Source: a bacterium (GTDB lineage: Bacteria > SAR324 > JACQKK01). Taken from it: a stretch of 64,000 bases of DNA. The stretch spans positions 96,001 to 160,000 of the forward strand of contig OZ251219.1 in assembly GCA_965240465.1 (NCBI GenBank), in the 5' to 3' direction. Made by a program: the position numbers and the translations under genes. A model generated the notes under the pieces. The model saw only the letters and a list, made by a program, of their open reading frames with translations, made no database searches and was not told the DNA's origin. Positions 19,901 through 31,040 of this stretch are shown here, in pieces (the stretch's first letter is position 1; each line of letters opens with the position of its first letter).

Positions 19901-21096
19901 GGTGCACTATGTAGCATCGAAGATTGTGAGTGTCTGGGATGAGTATTTTTATTGCTTAGTAATGGTGGATGCCCGGTGGTTTGGTAAGGAGACTCAATCC
20001 ATCCGCCCCCCAGCAAGTGATGGCGATCATAGAATACTACTGCTTGTCCTGGAGTGATAGCCCTGACTGGATCATGGAAGCGTACTTTTACTCGGCTGTG
20101 AGGTTGAGGAATAACAAGTGCTGGTTGCGGTTTGTGAGAATAACGTACCTTGGCTTCCACGGTAAAAGGATATCTAGGAGGTTCACAAGAAACCCAATTT
20201 ACTCGTTTAACGGATAAGCTTTTTGAGAACAAGGCTTCTTCTGCTCCCAGTACTACTTCTTGGGTATGTGGTTTAATATCTACCACAAACATGGGACCGT
20301 TGCTATTTATTCCCAGGTGCCGTCTTTGTCCGATAGTGAAATAGGCAATGCCAGGGTGCATGCCAAGGAATGACCCTTCCATGTCCACAAGAGCACCAGG
20401 CATGCTGGGGAGCGATTCTTTTTTGAGGAAACTACGATAATCTTTTGAGATGAAACATATTTCTTGGCTTTCAGGCTTGTCCCATGTTTTAATTTTAAGG
20501 CGGTGAGCGATGTCTCTTACCGTGGACTTACTAATTTCTGCCAGGGGGAAGAGCAGCCAAGGTAGCTCTTTCCTTAGGGTAGTGAAGAGGAAATAAGTTT
20601 GGTCCTTATGGGTATCGTAGGGACGAGAGAGTTTCCAACCGCTGGATATATGTTCCAGACGGGCATAATGCCCAGTAGCCAGGTAAGAACATCCGAATTG
20701 ACGAGCCTGAGATAATAGCAACCCGTGTTTGATGGAGTCATTGCACATCACGCAAGGATTGGGAGTCAACCCATGTTGATAATCACTAATAAAATTATCA
20801 ATTACTTGCTCACGGAAAGATTTTATATGGTTAACAACATAAAATGGGATTCCCAGCTGGGAACAGACTCTGCGAGCATCCAGGGAGTCATCCACAGAAC
20901 AGCATTTTTTGTTGCTCTTTTCAGATTCTGGAATGTCGTGCAATTTCATGTGAATGCCGATTACATCCCAGCCTTGTTCCACCAACAAGGCTGCCGCCAC
21001 CGAAGAATCCACTCCTCCACTCATGGCTACCGCCACACGTCCTGAGGATTTATCAATATCGGTAGCAGGAGAAACAACCATGGTTTTCAGTAACAC
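19897..21096 (-). CDS. mnmA: tRNA 2-thiouridylase MnmA
   Basis: AMSGGVDSS, TPNPCVMCN, ATGHYA, KDQTYFL, ESQEICF, TPGQ. Confidence 0.97.
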   Translation of the reverse strand: MLLKTMVVSPATDIDKSSGRVAVAMSGGVDSSVAAALLVEQGWDVIGIHMKLHDIPESEKSNKKCCSVDDSLDARRVCSQLGIPFYVVNHIKSFREQVIDNFISDYQHGLTPNPCVMCNDSIKHGLLLSQARQFGCSYLATGHYARLEHISSGWKLSRPYDTHKDQTYFLFTTLRKELPWLLFPLAEISKSTVRDIAHRLKIKTWDKPESQEICFISKDYRSFLKKESLPSMPGALVDMEGSFLGMHPGIAYFTIGQRRHLGINSNGPMFVVDIKPHTQEVVLGAEEALFSKSLSVKRVNWVSCEPPRYPFTVEAKVRYSHKPQPALVIPQPHSRVKVRFHDPVRAITPGQAVVFYDRHHLLGGGWIESPYQTTGHPPLLSNKNTHPRHSQSSMLHSAP

Positions 21097-21142
21097 AAAA
21101 TTAGTAATGCAAGATTGAAAATATAATAAAAACCAACCAGCA

Positions 21143-22225
21143 TTACAATGAATTTAGCAAAACACTCTCATAAATTTGTATATTTGATCTTTTTCTGAGT
21201 TTTGTCAGCCATTTTTGATAGCTTTGTGTTTGTCGTGCAAGCACCATGATTCTACGAATTTGAGGCCGCGATTGGGCATAGGTCAACAAGCGTGCGGGGT
21301 GTTTTTTTTCCAATCGGAATAGATGAAAACCCATCTGGGTACGCACCGGTTGTCCTCCAGGATTTGTTTCTCCAATATTTTTTAGAGAAAACACCATTCC
21401 ATCAAATTCAACCGGCAACACCCCTCTTTCTACCAAACCTAAATCTCCACCCAAATTGCGATCAGGAGTAGTGGAGTACTTGCGTGCCAATTGGGCAAAA
21501 TCGGATCCTAAATGCAACTGCCGTAGCACATTATCATACAATCTTTTTGTCCCCACGGCGATATGCCTTGCTTGGCGCATTTCCGATTGGCGAAACCCAT
21601 GTAGATTACGTTGATAATACAAGCGCATTTCTTTCTCAGAAATAGGAATATTATTAAGTACTTCTTGATTAACCAGCTTTTCATGTAGCAACCGCTTGCG
21701 GACATGCTCTCTCCAGCTACGTTGCATTTCTATAGGTACAAAATTAGACGGCTGAACACCATATTCACCACCCAAGAGTTTTTTTAACATTTCATCCAGA
21801 TCCACGTCTGTAATATGCAATCCCCTACTACGAGCCTCCTGACTCAGAAGTCTATCATCAATCAGCTTATTTAATATCAACTTCGCTAATGTTTGCTTTT
21901 CTTCCTTATTACTAGTCAGCAAATGTTCCCAATGCGTAGAAGAATATTGATATGCTTTTTCATACTCTCCAAAATAAATAGACTCGTTGTTAACCGTGGC
22001 CACTAACTTACTGGTGGAAGAACTTAATTTCTGCTTTCCATAACGTGGCTTGCTGACTCCCACCCATACCACCAACAAAAGAAACATCCCAATCGTTAAA
22101 AACAGAAGTCTAAGTCTACGCCGTGGCCAGCCTTTACTTTGCTTACTTGTGCCAAGAATCAGTCTAGATGATTTAGCTTCCTTTTCTATCAGCTTATTTT
22201 TCATCTCATTCTTTTTCATAGTCAT
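21143..22225 (-). CDS. Parvulin-type peptidyl-prolyl isomerase (SurA/PrsA-like), membrane-anchored
   Basis: N-terminal TM; VATVN; ARHI...FAQLARKYS...GGDLG...F....F...RTQMGFH rotamase motifs. Confidence 0.88.
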   Translation of the reverse strand: MTMKKNEMKNKLIEKEAKSSRLILGTSKQSKGWPRRRLRLLFLTIGMFLLLVVWVGVSKPRYGKQKLSSSTSKLVATVNNESIYFGEYEKAYQYSSTHWEHLLTSNKEEKQTLAKLILNKLIDDRLLSQEARSRGLHITDVDLDEMLKKLLGGEYGVQPSNFVPIEMQRSWREHVRKRLLHEKLVNQEVLNNIPISEKEMRLYYQRNLHGFRQSEMRQARHIAVGTKRLYDNVLRQLHLGSDFAQLARKYSTTPDRNLGGDLGLVERGVLPVEFDGMVFSLKNIGETNPGGQPVRTQMGFHLFRLEKKHPARLLTYAQSRPQIRRIMVLARQTQSYQKWLTKLRKRSNIQIYESVLLNSL

Positions 22226-22511
22226 ACCATTAAGCTACAATAGAACTGCTAATCTTCATTATGTTATAATTTCAACCCTGACACCAAATATTTAGACATA
22301 AAAAGGATACTATCTTTATGCCGTATTGCTTAGAAGATGTTTGTTGTTCGTAAAGTTGGTATTATATCAATCAATGTTTGACTGTATCTGCTTGGCAGGA
22401 ATAGGGATCATGGCGTTAACAAAAGATTATCCATAGACGACAGATGCAGTCAAATATCCAATGACGTGCCAAAACAACCTAAAGATTGAGCAATTATTAA
22501 CACTGAATGCA

Positions 22512-22610
22512 GGAGATGGATGAGTCACTGGTGGGCTCCCCGGGCTTCAAACCCGTGTGCGAGATGCTAACCCCGTCTTGGGTGGGTTCGATTCCCACAC
22601 ATCTCCGCCA
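22512..22610 (+). tRNA. selC: tRNA-Sec(UCA)
   Basis: Extended acceptor GGAGATG/CATCTCC, G73-CCA encoded, long D stem, anticodon loop CTTCAAA, very long variable arm; selB is in the same window. Confidence 0.95.
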
Positions 22611-22650
22611 TGTTTTTGGTGGATGTCATTATTACCAGTTGTGATTATGA

Positions 22651-23268
22651 TCAGGCTTTGGTCTTATTCCAGCGTATTTTTAATTCCTGGTCGTAGCCAG
22701 GGTGAGTAGCACAAAGCAGAGTGTGTGCGTACAACTGTATATTTTTGGATTTCATCATTTTGAAAGCCGTCTCAATATTGTGATCAAAGAGTGGTTCTGG
22801 AGAAGGAAGGGTAGCCTGTTGATGAGCCGAGTGAACAAATTCCAAGTAAATATTAAAATCTGTAGCTGGCATGTCAAGACTTTGGGAAACTGAACGAAGT
22901 AAATCAATTTCCTCATCAGCTAACACGCCGTCAGCCATCGCCATTCCCATCAGATCTAACATTAGACTAACTGTCAGACCCGAATCGCTCATTCTTTTTT
23001 CAATCTTGTCGCGATTTCCAAGTTCTTCTTGCTGAGCAATATCCATAATTTTTTTGCCTTGGGATTCATCCAGTTCAAAGTCTTTTATCCAGCGTTTTAG
23101 CAGGCTATTCTCCTTAGGGTCCAAGGTTCCGTCGCTACTGGCAATGCTTGCCACCAGCATTAGATATTCTTTCCTAGTATCAACAGGGAGATCCGACATA
23201 TTAGGCATGCCAGAAAAAACATTCAATTTTATTCGTCTACGATGTTTTTGTTTATCGAGCCAGTCCAT
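22651..23268 (-). CDS. TerB-like domain protein
   Basis: Two TerB motifs, IASSDGTLDPKE and MAMADGVLADEE. Confidence 0.75.
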   Translation of the reverse strand: MDWLDKQKHRRRIKLNVFSGMPNMSDLPVDTRKEYLMLVASIASSDGTLDPKENSLLKRWIKDFELDESQGKKIMDIAQQEELGNRDKIEKRMSDSGLTVSLMLDLMGMAMADGVLADEEIDLLRSVSQSLDMPATDFNIYLEFVHSAHQQATLPSPEPLFDHNIETAFKMMKSKNIQLYAHTLLCATHPGYDQELKIRWNKTKA

Positions 23269-24391
23269 AACTAATCACTCTGACTTTATGTTGAAAATAT
23301 AGTTGAAGCACAAGGTTACCGGCGAGTAGAGCAAAATAATCTGCTTTTTTCAAGGACAATCTTACCCAATGGTATCTATATTGTCCAGCGTTTTGCTTGG
23401 CTTGATAGCGACCAAAATCTACTACTGCCATCCGCTGGTCCCCCCCAATGTATAGGAAGCGAGGCAAAAAGTCACTATATTTTGTATTTACTGGGCGGGC
23501 AGAGTTTGAGCTAAGAATTAAGGAATAGCTGGAGTTGGCAGTGGGTTGGTAAGTAGAGAATTTGGTATTGGCATCTTTAATAGCTTGTCTGTGTTGAATT
23601 ATAGAAGGAAACTGTTTGTCCACGGTACCGAATTTTCCGCTAAGATCGGCTACTGTGGGAGCACCGTAATCAGCCAATTTTAGGCTAATCGTATTCGCCG
23701 CTTTGGAAGAAAGAGATTTTTGTTCATTACTGGGGGTGGAGTAGAATACATTATTTAATGGAGTTTGGGTAAGGTAGACGACAACTGAATTTAGAGAATA
23801 GAGGCTTAGCTGTTCTGGAGGGATCTTATACAGTAAATCTTCTACAAAAAATATTCCTGTCGATGGGCTAAGGATGGCCTCTATGGTTCTTCCTGGAATT
23901 GGAGTATTGATTTTTACGATTAGTTGTACGGTGTCAGAGTTATTGAGTGATTTACGGAAGTTTTTTGTAAGTTCAATGTCTATTTGTCCAGCTATCAGTA
24001 TTTTTGTCCATTTATTTAATTCTTGGCGAGCTTCTACGAGGTCAGGTTTTTGTAGCAAGGTATATTCAAGCCGAGCGTAAGCTTTATGCAGTTTTTCTTG
24101 AGTAAGATAACGAAGGTAAGCCTTAAAGTTCTCAGGAGCAGCTTTTTGATTTACCCGTACCAATGATTCCTTAAAACGACTATTACGCGGTTTTCTTGCT
24201 ACCGCGTGCTGATAGGCAACAGAAGCCTCCTCAAAGCGTTGTTCTTTTTCCAGCTTTAATCCTTCGCGATAATGCTCCGCACAACCGGAGATTAATAAGG
24301 ACCAGGCAAATAAATACAGCCCCTGTTTCCTAAACCGTAGTTTATGATAGCTAGTCTGTAGCAGGAAAAAGCGGATAATTAGGAGCTTCAT
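23252..24391 (-). CDS. Hypothetical TPR-containing lipoprotein
   Basis: Lipobox LISG-C then TPR-like helices (YREG..LE...RFEEA...YQHAV...P); start uncertain, overlaps the guaB 3' end. Confidence 0.65.
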   Translation of the reverse strand: MKLLIIRFFLLQTSYHKLRFRKQGLYLFAWSLLISGCAEHYREGLKLEKEQRFEEASVAYQHAVARKPRNSRFKESLVRVNQKAAPENFKAYLRYLTQEKLHKAYARLEYTLLQKPDLVEARQELNKWTKILIAGQIDIELTKNFRKSLNNSDTVQLIVKINTPIPGRTIEAILSPSTGIFFVEDLLYKIPPEQLSLYSLNSVVVYLTQTPLNNVFYSTPSNEQKSLSSKAANTISLKLADYGAPTVADLSGKFGTVDKQFPSIIQHRQAIKDANTKFSTYQPTANSSYSLILSSNSARPVNTKYSDFLPRFLYIGGDQRMAVVDFGRYQAKQNAGQYRYHWVRLSLKKADYFALLAGNLVLQLYFQHKVRVISYGLAR

Positions 24392-25868
24392 CAATAACAT
24401 GGACGTCATGTACGTGACTTTCACGTAGGCCATAATTGGTCATACGAACAAAGCGGGTACGTTTATACAAAGAAGGAATATCAGTAGCCCCCACATATCC
24501 CATGCCAGCACGAACTCCTCCCAGACATTGGTGAATGCTCTCAGACAAAGGACCTCTATATGGCACGCGACTTTCTACACCCTCAGGCACCAATTTGCCA
24601 GATTCTACTCCCATTGAATTTTCTTGCTCCTGAACATTTTCTTTATCTTGCTCTTGAAAATAGCGATCCCGAGAACCTTGATTCATCGCAGATAATGACC
24701 CCATACCACGATACTTCTTGTAACGACGACCTTTGTATAATATCACCTGACCGGGAGTTTCATCTGTGCCTGCAAACAAATTACCTAGCATCACGCTATC
24801 CGCACCTGCTGCCAGTGCCTTAACAATATCTCCTGAATATTTAATTCCCCCATCTGAAACCACAGGAACCTCTTGAGAACGGGACACCGAAACCACCGCT
24901 TGAATAGCTGTTAACTGCGGCATACCCACACCAGTAACCACCCGAGTGGTACAAATTGAACCCCCACCCACCCCCACCTTTATAGCATCTACACCAATCT
25001 TTAACAATTCCTCCGCTGCCTCAGCCGTGGCAATATTACCCACCATTAACTCCAAGTCAGGGTATTTCGTACGGATTTCCTTAGTTACTTTCAACACCTT
25101 TTCTGAATGACCGTGGGCAGTATCCAAAACAATCAAATCAACTCCTGCAGACACCAACGCCTCGACTCGCAACATAACCTCCTTGCCCGGTCCTACCGCA
25201 GCTCCCACCCGTAGACGACCTTTACTGTCCTTGCAAGAATTCGGATAAAGACGAGCTTTTTCAATGTCCTTCACCGTAATCATTCCCACTAGTTCGTATT
25301 CATCATTGACAACCAATAGCTTTTCAATGCGGTGCTTGTGCAAAAGCATCTTGGAATCATTCAAGTTAATATTATTCTTCACGGTCACCAGATTGTCTTT
25401 ACCTTTAGTCATCAATGCTGAAACCGACTGACTAGCATTGGTCTCAAAGCGTAAATCACGATTAGTGAGAATACCCACCAATACCTTACCTCTGGTAACA
25501 GGAACGCCAGATATGCGGTAACGATTCATCAACTCTAAAGCCTTACTAATAGGGGCATCAGGATCAATGGTGATGGGATCCGAAATCATACCGCTTTCAG
25601 AACGTTTAACTAAGTCTACTTGTCTGGCTTGTTTTTCAATTTCCATGTTTTTATGAATCACTCCTATGCCTCCCTCCTGAGCCAGACAGATTGCCGTCCT
25701 ATATTCGGTTACGGTGTCCATAGCAGCACTTAACAAAGGAATGTTGATATCTATGTTTCTGCTGAGGCGGGTGTGTAGATTGACTTGCTGAGGAAGTACG
25801 GAAGACGCCTCCGGAACAAGGATGACATCATCAAAGGTCAAACCTTCTTCTATACGTTCGGTAAGCAT
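24351..25868 (-). CDS. guaB: IMP dehydrogenase
   Basis: [17 protein letters not shown] pair, GSICTTR, DGGIK.SGD, YRGMGS, ESHVHDV. Confidence 0.99.
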   Translation of the reverse strand: MLTERIEEGLTFDDVILVPEASSVLPQQVNLHTRLSRNIDINIPLLSAAMDTVTEYRTAICLAQEGGIGVIHKNMEIEKQARQVDLVKRSESGMISDPITIDPDAPISKALELMNRYRISGVPVTRGKVLVGILTNRDLRFETNASQSVSALMTKGKDNLVTVKNNINLNDSKMLLHKHRIEKLLVVNDEYELVGMITVKDIEKARLYPNSCKDSKGRLRVGAAVGPGKEVMLRVEALVSAGVDLIVLDTAHGHSEKVLKVTKEIRTKYPDLELMVGNIATAEAAEELLKIGVDAIKVGVGGGSICTTRVVTGVGMPQLTAIQAVVSVSRSQEVPVVSDGGIKYSGDIVKALAAGADSVMLGNLFAGTDETPGQVILYKGRRYKKYRGMGSLSAMNQGSRDRYFQEQDKENVQEQENSMGVESGKLVPEGVESRVPYRGPLSESIHQCLGGVRAGMGYVGATDIPSLYKRTRFVRMTNYGLRESHVHDVHVIDEAPNYPLFPATD

Positions 25869-26165
25869 ATGCTAGACTGGAGCCTTAAAATAACAGGTTG
25901 AGGAAAGCGAATGAAATATCATGGATTAGAAAGTAGTTGTAAAAATGCAGGCACACAAAATATCGTGCTTCAAACAACCATCAAACACGAAATGAACATA
26001 AATAGTCCTCAATATACACCTATAAGTACCACCCCTGATTGTATTATACCCACTATTCATAATGCAACTTATGGTGCTCATGATAGTTTGTAGGATGATA
26101 TTTTGGGAGTAAATTTGGTGAAACAGGAGTTCAGAGTCAGGAAGGAAAAATTATTACAGGAGGAC

Positions 26166-29100
26166 ATGGGGAAGGTTGCAAAAGTAATACAAAAATTATC
26201 TCATCAAAATACAGTAGAGGTAGGAGGACTAACACCAGAAGCCCATGCTTGGTGGCTGCAGCAATTAGCTGAATCTGCTAGCACACAACATTTGTGGATA
26301 GTGACGGATTCTTTTAGCCGTGCCCAGCAATTGAGGAAAGATTTGACATTTTTTTCACATACTGCAGGCAATCATAGAAACTCACGAGAGGTTTTTGCAT
26401 TTCCCCATTGGGACACTATGCCATTTGAGTTTTTTTCTCCTTCTCAAGAGGTTATGGCTCAGCGTTTGACAGCCATTGATACCATACAGCAAGGAACCAC
26501 GACACTAGGAGTAACCTCTGTACAAGGCTGGATGCAGGCTACATTGCCTAAGAAAGTAATCACAGACAGTGCCTTCACCTTATCTATAAATCAGCAAGTG
26601 GAGCGTAAATGGTTGCTCGAGAAATTGATAAATAGTGGCTATACACGAGTGGAACTAGTGGAGGCGGTAGGGGAATTTTCTGTAAGAGGTCATTTGGTAG
26701 ATGTTTTTTCTCCTCAGCAAAAGCACCCATTGCGTTTAGATTTCTTTGATGACGAAATCAAAACCATGCGTCTGTTTAATGCCGCCTCACAAGTAAGCCT
26801 GACAGAAGTAGCAGAACAACGCATTCTTCCCGCCCGTGAGGCTTATTTAAATCCCACCAGTGCAAAACTAGCCATGATGTATTTGCGTCAACATAAAGCA
26901 CAAATCAATCCTCAGTGGTATCAGCAATTGTGGTCGCAACTGGAAGATGGATCTCCTTTTGCGGGCTGTGAGCAACTTATATCCCTCTACCATGGAAAAT
27001 CCGAGTGGCTACATCAATATTTACCGTTGCAGTCGCTGGTGGTTTTGGAAGAGCCCGAGTCCGTGTGGAGGTCTGCCCAAGCATTTGAAGCAGACTTTAT
27101 GCGCGAAGCTGAGCATGCCCAACAGAAAGGTCTGATGCTTTTTTCTCCAGAGACCATGTTTTTAAGTACGTCTCAATTAAAAAAGAGCTGGGAGTCTCAC
27201 AAAACAGTGCTGGTGCGTGCATTGATGAGCTCTCATAAACAAACTGAGTCTATCAATGTACTTACTGCAGACAATAATTCACTAAGGTTGCATGCTATGG
27301 AAACGCCGACAAGAGGCACAGACAAAAAATCATCCTTGCATGTGGATACCACAAAATTAGCCAAGCTGATGGATAAGTGGCAAAGTGAGGGTTCTCGCAT
27401 CCTGTTGGCTACATATTCTGGGGTGGCAGCCGAGCGCTTCCAAAAAAATCTGAAGGCTTGTGGGTTATCGGCTAAGCTTTGTCAGGCGAATGAAGAATCG
27501 GTGTTGTCTGCTTGGAGGAACCCCTACAAATCACCTTCTCAAGGCAAGTCATGGGAAATATTGTTACTGAATAAAACACCCAGTAAAGGATTTCGTCTAC
27601 TGGATGAAAATGGTAATACCCGATTTTGTCTTATTACCGAATCTGAATGGCTAGGAGAAACAAGACCTTTACGACCTAAACCTCAGAGTGGTAACAACAA
27701 CAGAAACTTTGCAACCACCATAGCTGAATTACAATCAGGGCAACTGGTGGTACATGTGGATTATGGTATCGGTCGCTATCAAGGATTGAAAAAATTAACC
27801 GTAGAGAACATAGATAGTGAATGCTTGGAGATAAATTATGCTACCGGAGGAAAGATCTATGTTCCCGTATCGCGTCTTCATTTGGTGCAAAAATATGTAG
27901 GCTCCGCCGGCGAAGATCCCCCGTTGAATAAACTAGGAGATGGCAGATGGCAACGCACCTGCTCACTAGCAAGAAAAGTAGTACAAGACATGGCACGTAG
28001 GCTAGTGGATGTTCAAGCGGCTCGCCAAGCACACACAGGTCCTATGTTTTTGCCTTCTTCATCTTTGCTAGATGAATTTTCACAAGGATTCCAATTTCAA
28101 GAAACCCCAGACCAACAAAAAGCCATTGAAGAGGTTCTCAAAGATCTAGCACAAAGACAGCCCATGGACAGACTAGTCTGTGGGGAAGTGGGCTTTGGTA
28201 AAACAGAGGTCGCTATGCGGGCTGCTTTTGCCGTAACCATAGAAAATGGACAAGTGATGTTACTCTGCCCAACAACTGTTTTGGCTCAACAGCATTACAC
28301 TAATTTTCACCAACGCTTTCACCATCTGGGAATACGAGTAGAAATCTTGAGCCGTTTTGTGCAACCTAAACAGCAAAAAAAAACCTTAAGAGAATTTCAA
28401 AACAGTGAAATTGATATCCTTATCGGCACCCACCGTCTGCTCTCCAAAGACGTCAAAATCCCTGAAAATCTTGGACTATTAGTGATAGATGAAGAACAAC
28501 GCTTTGGAGTTATCCACAAAGAGCGGATTAAAACATTGAGAACAAATATTAACATTCTTACTCTCTCTGCCACTCCGATTCCCAGAACACTACACATGTC
28601 TATGATGGGAATTAGAGACCTCAGCCTCATAAGTACTCCTCCGCATAATAGACTATCCGTACGTACCCGCATTGCTCGCTATAGCGAGCACATAATACGT
28701 GAATGCATAGAACGCGAAATCAGGCGTGATGGGCAAGCATTTTTTCTACACAATAGGGTGGAAAGTATTTATTCCCAAGCCCGATACATAAAAAATCTGT
28801 TGCCCGACATTTATATGGAAATAGCCCATGGGCAAATGCCAGAATCTAAATTAGAGACCACAATGCAGGAATTCGTGGCAGGACGTATTCAATTACTGGT
28901 TTGCACAGCTATAATTGAATCAGGCTTGGATATTCCTCGTGCTAATACCATAATTATTAATCAAGCGGAAAACTTTGGTCTAGCACAATTGCACCAACTG
29001 CGCGGCAGAGTAGGACGTTCTCATAAGCAGGGCTACGCTTGGCTACTTACCCATCCCACAAAACCTCTACAAATCCAAGCACGCAAGAGATTAAACCTGC

Positions 29101-29726
29101 TACAAGAATTTAGTGCCTTGGGAGCCGGCTTTCGCATTGCCACCCATGATCTAGAAATACGAGGAGCAGGTAATCTATTGGGAGCAGAGCAAACTGGTCA
29201 TATGCACAAAGTTGGGTTGGAACTTTTCACTAAAATGGTCACAGAAACAGTAGCCATTTTGAAAGGAAAAACCACCACCACTCGTTGCCGCTTAGAACTT
29301 CCATTTTCCTATCTCTTGCCAGAAACATATGTTATTGGGACTAGACAACGCTTGGAAATATACAAACGACTCGCAGAAATAAGCCACCTAGAAGAACTGT
29401 GGCAACTACGACAAGAAATGGAAGATCGTTTCGGAATGCCCATTGAGGAAACTAATAACCTATTCACCATGGTACAAGTTCGCTTGTGTGCAGAATCCTA
29501 TGGTATAGGCTATCTCAAGGCAGATCAGCATATCCTTAAAGCCCGCTTTAGACAACCAGAACGCATCAACATGCAGGCCCTCATGGCATTGATTAAAGAT
29601 CACGATAATCCTTTGCAACTTCAACCAGAAAACTGGCTCATTCTAGGTCCCATGCCTGTAACCCCTGTTGTTTTATTGGATGAGCTGGAAACATTATCTA
29701 ATTTCATTCAGCCCCAAGTAGCTTAG
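26166..29726 (+). CDS. mfd: Transcription-repair coupling factor
   Basis: VVHVDYGIGRY, ETPDQ, MDRLVCG.VGFGKTEVA, DEEQRFGV, SATPIPRTL, QLRGRVGRS. Start placed at the ATG after AGGAGG; the track ORF begins at 26103. Confidence 0.97.
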   Translation: MGKVAKVIQKLSHQNTVEVGGLTPEAHAWWLQQLAESASTQHLWIVTDSFSRAQQLRKDLTFFSHTAGNHRNSREVFAFPHWDTMPFEFFSPSQEVMAQRLTAIDTIQQGTTTLGVTSVQGWMQATLPKKVITDSAFTLSINQQVERKWLLEKLINSGYTRVELVEAVGEFSVRGHLVDVFSPQQKHPLRLDFFDDEIKTMRLFNAASQVSLTEVAEQRILPAREAYLNPTSAKLAMMYLRQHKAQINPQWYQQLWSQLEDGSPFAGCEQLISLYHGKSEWLHQYLPLQSLVVLEEPESVWRSAQAFEADFMREAEHAQQKGLMLFSPETMFLSTSQLKKSWESHKTVLVRALMSSHKQTESINVLTADNNSLRLHAMETPTRGTDKKSSLHVDTTKLAKLMDKWQSEGSRILLATYSGVAAERFQKNLKACGLSAKLCQANEESVLSAWRNPYKSPSQGKSWEILLLNKTPSKGFRLLDENGNTRFCLITESEWLGETRPLRPKPQSGNNNRNFATTIAELQSGQLVVHVDYGIGRYQGLKKLTVENIDSECLEINYATGGKIYVPVSRLHLVQKYVGSAGEDPPLNKLGDGRWQRTCSLARKVVQDMARRLVDVQAARQAHTGPMFLPSSSLLDEFSQGFQFQETPDQQKAIEEVLKDLAQRQPMDRLVCGEVGFGKTEVAMRAAFAVTIENGQVMLLCPTTVLAQQHYTNFHQRFHHLGIRVEILSRFVQPKQQKKTLREFQNSEIDILIGTHRLLSKDVKIPENLGLLVIDEEQRFGVIHKERIKTLRTNINILTLSATPIPRTLHMSMMGIRDLSLISTPPHNRLSVRTRIARYSEHIIRECIEREIRRDGQAFFLHNRVESIYSQARYIKNLLPDIYMEIAHGQMPESKLETTMQEFVAGRIQLLVCTAIIESGLDIPRANTIIINQAENFGLAQLHQLRGRVGRSHKQGYAWLLTHPTKPLQIQARKRLNLLQEFSALGAGFRIATHDLEIRGAGNLLGAEQTGHMHKVGLELFTKMVTETVAILKGKTTTTRCRLELPFSYLLPETYVIGTRQRLEIYKRLAEISHLEELWQLRQEMEDRFGMPIEETNNLFTMVQVRLCAESYGIGYLKADQHILKARFRQPERINMQALMALIKDHDNPLQLQPENWLILGPMPVTPVVLLDELETLSNFIQPQVA

Positions 29727-29806
29727 CTGTGGTGGTTTATCATTCTGGTATTTATACCCTATATGCAATAGATATATCGGGATATTGCCTTTACACAAGG
29801 TACTGC

Positions 29807-29836
29807 TTGACATCAGCAAGTTAATTGCGATGGAAT
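29807..29836 (+). promoter_or_regulatory. Candidate sigma70 promoter for tRNA-Ala/rpmB
   Basis: Perfect TTGACA at 29807, weak -10 (TGGAAT) 18 bp later, just upstream of the tRNA. Confidence 0.35.
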
Positions 29837-29851
29837 ACTCCCTAGTAGTAT

Positions 29852-29924
29852 GGGGATGTAGCTCAGCTGGGAGAGCACGACGCTGGCAGCGTCGGGGTCA
29901 GGGGTTCGAGCCCCCTCATCTCCA
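29852..29924 (+). tRNA. tRNA-Ala(GGC), CCA not encoded
   Basis: GGGGATG/CATCTCC acceptor with G3-U70; anticodon arm CGACG-CTGGCAG-CGTCG. Confidence 0.96.
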
Positions 29925-29969
29925 TGCACATTGTGGCTGATTGTACTATTTTTTATAAGGTATTTTCCG

Positions 29970-30197
29970 ATGAGTAAAAGATGTCAAATTACCGGGAAAC
30001 GTGGTCTAGCAGGAAACCGGGTTTCTCATGCAAAAAATAGAAGTCGCCATGTGCAGCAACTGAATCTGCATAAAAAACGTGTTTGGGTAGAAGAAAAGAA
30101 ACGCTGGGTGACAGTGCGTATCAGTTCACAAGGACTACGCATTTTACAACGGAAGGGAGCATTTCAAACCTTGAAAGAAGCAGGCTTGATTGACTAG
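29970..30197 (+). CDS. rpmB: 50S ribosomal protein L28
   Basis: MSKRCQITGK...GNRVSHAKNRSR; start at ATG 29970. Confidence 0.96.
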   Translation: MSKRCQITGKRGLAGNRVSHAKNRSRHVQQLNLHKKRVWVEEKKRWVTVRISSQGLRILQRKGAFQTLKEAGLID

Positions 30198-30272
30198 CCT
30201 TATCCTGATGACCTGGTAGCACCGGACTGAGTATTGCACTGATAGCAAGTATCTTGTTTTGCCTGTTTAACA

Positions 30273-31040
30273 CTAGACCATGCTGTTAATTAATTTTACC
30301 AGTGGGGAGAGCAATCCATGGATTTGCTGATGGGAGTAGCCTCGCTGTAATTCATAGGTGAGTAGCAAAAGCGGGGGATTAGTATGACGAGCATAGCTTC
30401 CCAGCGAACCTGGCGTAGGGTATCCGATGGATCTTTTTAAGGGAACTTTGGCTGAAGTACAGAAGCACTTAATAGCCTGCTGGGTGTCTGTGGTCAGCGT
30501 TTGGAGGGGTCTTTCTATTTCCAGTAGAGTTTCTTTGTAGCTGTGCAAGCTCAAGATAGTGGTAGCACGAGAAAGCTTGAGAGCTTTCAAAAGGGCCTGA
30601 TTTTCGGGTTCTGAAGATGGTTTGTCACCGGGTGGATAGCGTGAATTGAGGGGTTCAGGAGACCAGTCTGGGGTAGGTAGATTACGATTAAGGTCTACGT
30701 TACGTTGATTCCATCGTTGATGAAGTAGTGTGCCATCGGGATTCAAGCAGGGCAGTATGCATATATGTGGAACATAATGCAATAGCAGTTGTGCTAGTAG
30801 CATGCCTTCATGTTCATCGCCGTGGACGCCCGCCAGTACCAATAGGGGAGAGTATCTGTTGACACCAAACAGTTTGATGGTCTGTCCCAAAACAGAGAAA
30901 CCTACTTTACGGCTACTGACGGATAAGGCTTTATTCCAAGTGGGTGGTTCAATTAAGAGTGGCATGGGTATCAATTTGGAAGTCAAATTGGTTTTTGACT
31001 CAGATGTTGATGTCACAGCAGTAACTTTTTTGACAGGCAT
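30273..31040 (-). CDS. mpaA: Murein peptide amidase A-like M14 zinc carboxypeptidase
   Basis: GVHGDE, NPDG, NVDLNRN, SEPE, LSLHS, IGYPTPGSLG, TYEL. Confidence 0.8.
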   Translation of the reverse strand: MPVKKVTAVTSTSESKTNLTSKLIPMPLLIEPPTWNKALSVSSRKVGFSVLGQTIKLFGVNRYSPLLVLAGVHGDEHEGMLLAQLLLHYVPHICILPCLNPDGTLLHQRWNQRNVDLNRNLPTPDWSPEPLNSRYPPGDKPSSEPENQALLKALKLSRATTILSLHSYKETLLEIERPLQTLTTDTQQAIKCFCTSAKVPLKRSIGYPTPGSLGSYARHTNPPLLLLTYELQRGYSHQQIHGLLSPLVKLINSMV

